This document shows positions 61,901 through 64,000 of a stretch of DNA of 64,000 nucleotides, piece after piece. Under the pieces are notes generated by a model. It searched no databases and was not told the DNA's origin. It saw only the letters and a list, made by a program, of their open reading frames with translations. Every line of letters starts with the position of its first letter. Position 1 is the stretch's first letter. Source of the DNA: Tubulanus polymorphus (lineage: Eukaryota > Animalia > Nemertea). Location of the stretch: NCBI RefSeq assembly GCF_964204645.1, contig NC_134034.1:7700962-7764961 (forward strand), written 5' to 3'. Both the position numbers and the translations under genes were made by a program.

Positions 61901-63525
61901 AAAACCCTTGGGGTTCTTTACATATTGAATGTAATTGTGCCAGTTCTGGCATCTCTCAGTTGTTGCTTCCAGGCTTCGGAACTAAATTTCAGTACGCTAA
62001 AGCCAGCTATTGCTGCTGCCAAAAACAAGATAGTGTCTGAGCCTGATCCAATCATCAAATTGAAAAGGGACATAGCTGATGATGGGATCTTTAAATCTTT
62101 AGAACTTCAGTTAAACGAAACGACTGAAAAAAGTCTTGTGAATCTGTACTCAAAATACAAACTGTCGGTGATTGACAATATTGATGCCAGGTTTGAAGGA
62201 TGTCTTGGCGTATTAGATGCATTTGGCATATTTGATCCAACACTTATTCCTGATGAGCATACAGTTGAATTTAGTTCCTATGGGAAAGCAGAGTTACCTG
62301 AAATTGCTAATCATTTCTTCCCTGGTAATAATGACAAAAGTAGAAAATTACACTTGGAGTATGATGGCTTCAAATACCAACTTTTGAAACAAAAGAAAAT
62401 TGAGGCTCGTATCAAAGAAGAAAAACAGAGAAAAAGTTCATGTGAGAAAAGTGCAAAAAAATCAAAAAAGCCAAAACATAGTGATATGGAAATTGAAATT
62501 GAAACCCCCTGGAGAGATTATGTGATAAAGTGTTTTCTTATGTCACCTACAGTAATTTCTACCCTATTATAGCCCAGTTATTAGAAATAGTGCATTCTGC
62601 ACCTATTTCAAATGCGTGGCCTCAAAGGGGTGCTAGTGCCGTTAAACGCATAAAAACCAAAGCAAGAAACAGGATGTCTAATAAAGTTCTCAATGCACTG
62701 ATGCAGGTTTCGATCAATGGCCCTAAATCTGATCAAGCAAGTTCAATAATCAACAAAGCTGTTGATCATTGGCTCTCAAGTAAAACTAGGCGAAAGTTAC
62801 CAAAACAGCAGAATCAAACTGTGACCATGGATTCCACTGCATCAGTTGCATCTTCAGTCTGCTCAGTATCTGTTCAGACTGAAGATATTGATTCATTAGA
62901 CATCACTGATGATGAGACTGATGATGAGGCTGATGATTTCGTGGAAGAAGCGATTTCTATAGCTAGCACTTCACCAATAGAAATGTCTGCTTCCACCAGT
63001 GAGGAGCTAATGAAATTATTTGGTCTTGGCACTGATAGTGATGATAATGATGAAGATGAATTTGATGGTTTTTGAATGAAAGAATTTTTGAAAGAAAGAA
63101 TTTTCTGAATAAAGAAACAACATTTGTATGACAATAATATGATTATTTATTTATTTATTATCGAAAAAAAGTTGAGTTTCATATGAGATAATCTTATAAA
63201 ACTGAGTTTGTTAAAATTATCTCATCTGACTTACCTTTTGCTGAAATAGACAGGTGATCATGCATGACCAGAAATTTAGTGTATCTCTTAATTCTGTCAT
63301 CTTGATGAAGAATGTTTGGATTTCTGAGAATGGTTTTCTGAGAATATTTTTGTGCTAAATGCTCTCAGAATGCATCAAATTGGCTCTTAATTTTCAAAAT
63401 TTTCCTGGGGGGTACCCCCAGACCCCCCCCCCATGTAGAGGGAGTACATCCCCCTCGAGCTCCCCCTGCTCGCCGCTTCGGGGCTCGAATCGCGCGACTA
63501 GGGTGACCCTACAACATAAAACTCT
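58937..63525 (+). mobile_element. hAT DNA transposon (boundaries approximate)
   Basis: Contains a hAT transposase; subterminal ttttcaaaattttcctgggggg..cccagaccccc motif near 63390; no clean TIR pair found. Confidence 0.65.
59216..63075 (+). pseudogene. hAT (ZNF862-like) transposase; short 5' exons (59216-59264, 60084-60210, 60320-60384) plus main exon from 60605
   Basis: MFCVLC..H..H zinc finger; LLTDEVSEIS; SDGVS; HCICHKLALA; TRWLS; dimerization-region SNAWPQRGASAVKRIK; frameshifts at ~61840 and ~62530. The 5' exons are inferred from splice signals. Confidence 0.88.
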
Positions 63526-64000
63526 GGGAAGAAAAGGAAGACAGTGAAATATGGGTTCAAAGGTTCAGCTATTATCTGGCTCCTGACCTGGTGCCAATAA
63601 TTTGGTCATGAATATATCTCATCAAGGGCTGATGTCTGGTAAAATGAATCATCAGTTCAGTTAATCCCTATCACAACATTGGACTTGGCCTTGGGATAAA
63701 AGTAACAAAGAGGACCGTAGTAGCATAACCTGTCATAACTCACTTAACCTACCCACTTTATGATGCAACAGTGAAAACACAGAGTTGGGAGAGAACCACC
63801 CCAGTAAGAACATGGCCTGCCAATAACCCCGAAAATATATATTTCACGCATATGCAATACACGTTGCATGTAAATATGAAGGCAGCTTGACCTATAGGAT
63901 AGGAACAATATATTCTAAGTATCCAATATGACCAGCAGCAATCTTGCATGTGAACACAATTGAAATTGATGAATCTCTTTGTACACCATTTTTGTAAAAG

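Noticed and set aside
60526-63075. Domesticated host ZNF862-like gene
   Set aside because: Two frameshifts and Q in place of the conserved catalytic E (WPQRGAS) indicate a dead transposon copy.

Overview
AT-rich, repeat-dense animal (probably invertebrate) genomic DNA. A host Kelch-repeat gene runs on the - strand; four exons are visible (56230-56388, 34077-34235, 3583-3729, 1007-2316), separated by introns of about 22 kb, 30 kb and 1.3 kb. The two large introns are filled with mobile DNA. The main feature is a decayed endogenous Polinton-like virus at ~3.9-22.5 kb, about 10 kb once four insertion sites of Helentron-type repeats are removed. It encodes a near-intact putative major capsid protein, a minor capsid remnant, an rve integrase with chromodomain, an A32-type packaging ATPase, a zinc-finger protein and several predicted membrane proteins. 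Thirteen of its gene starts lie in a T-tract + ATAAATG motif resembling poxvirus late promoters, which suggests (inference) dependence on a poxvirus-like helper. Also present: a BEL/Pao LTR element with identical LTRs but no RT (25283-30312), an old Gypsy element, a Harbinger nested in a CACTA-like element, a hAT transposase pseudogene, MITEs, and LINE, SINE and Penelope-like fragments. Protein family calls come from manual translation and motif recognition only; no searches were run.
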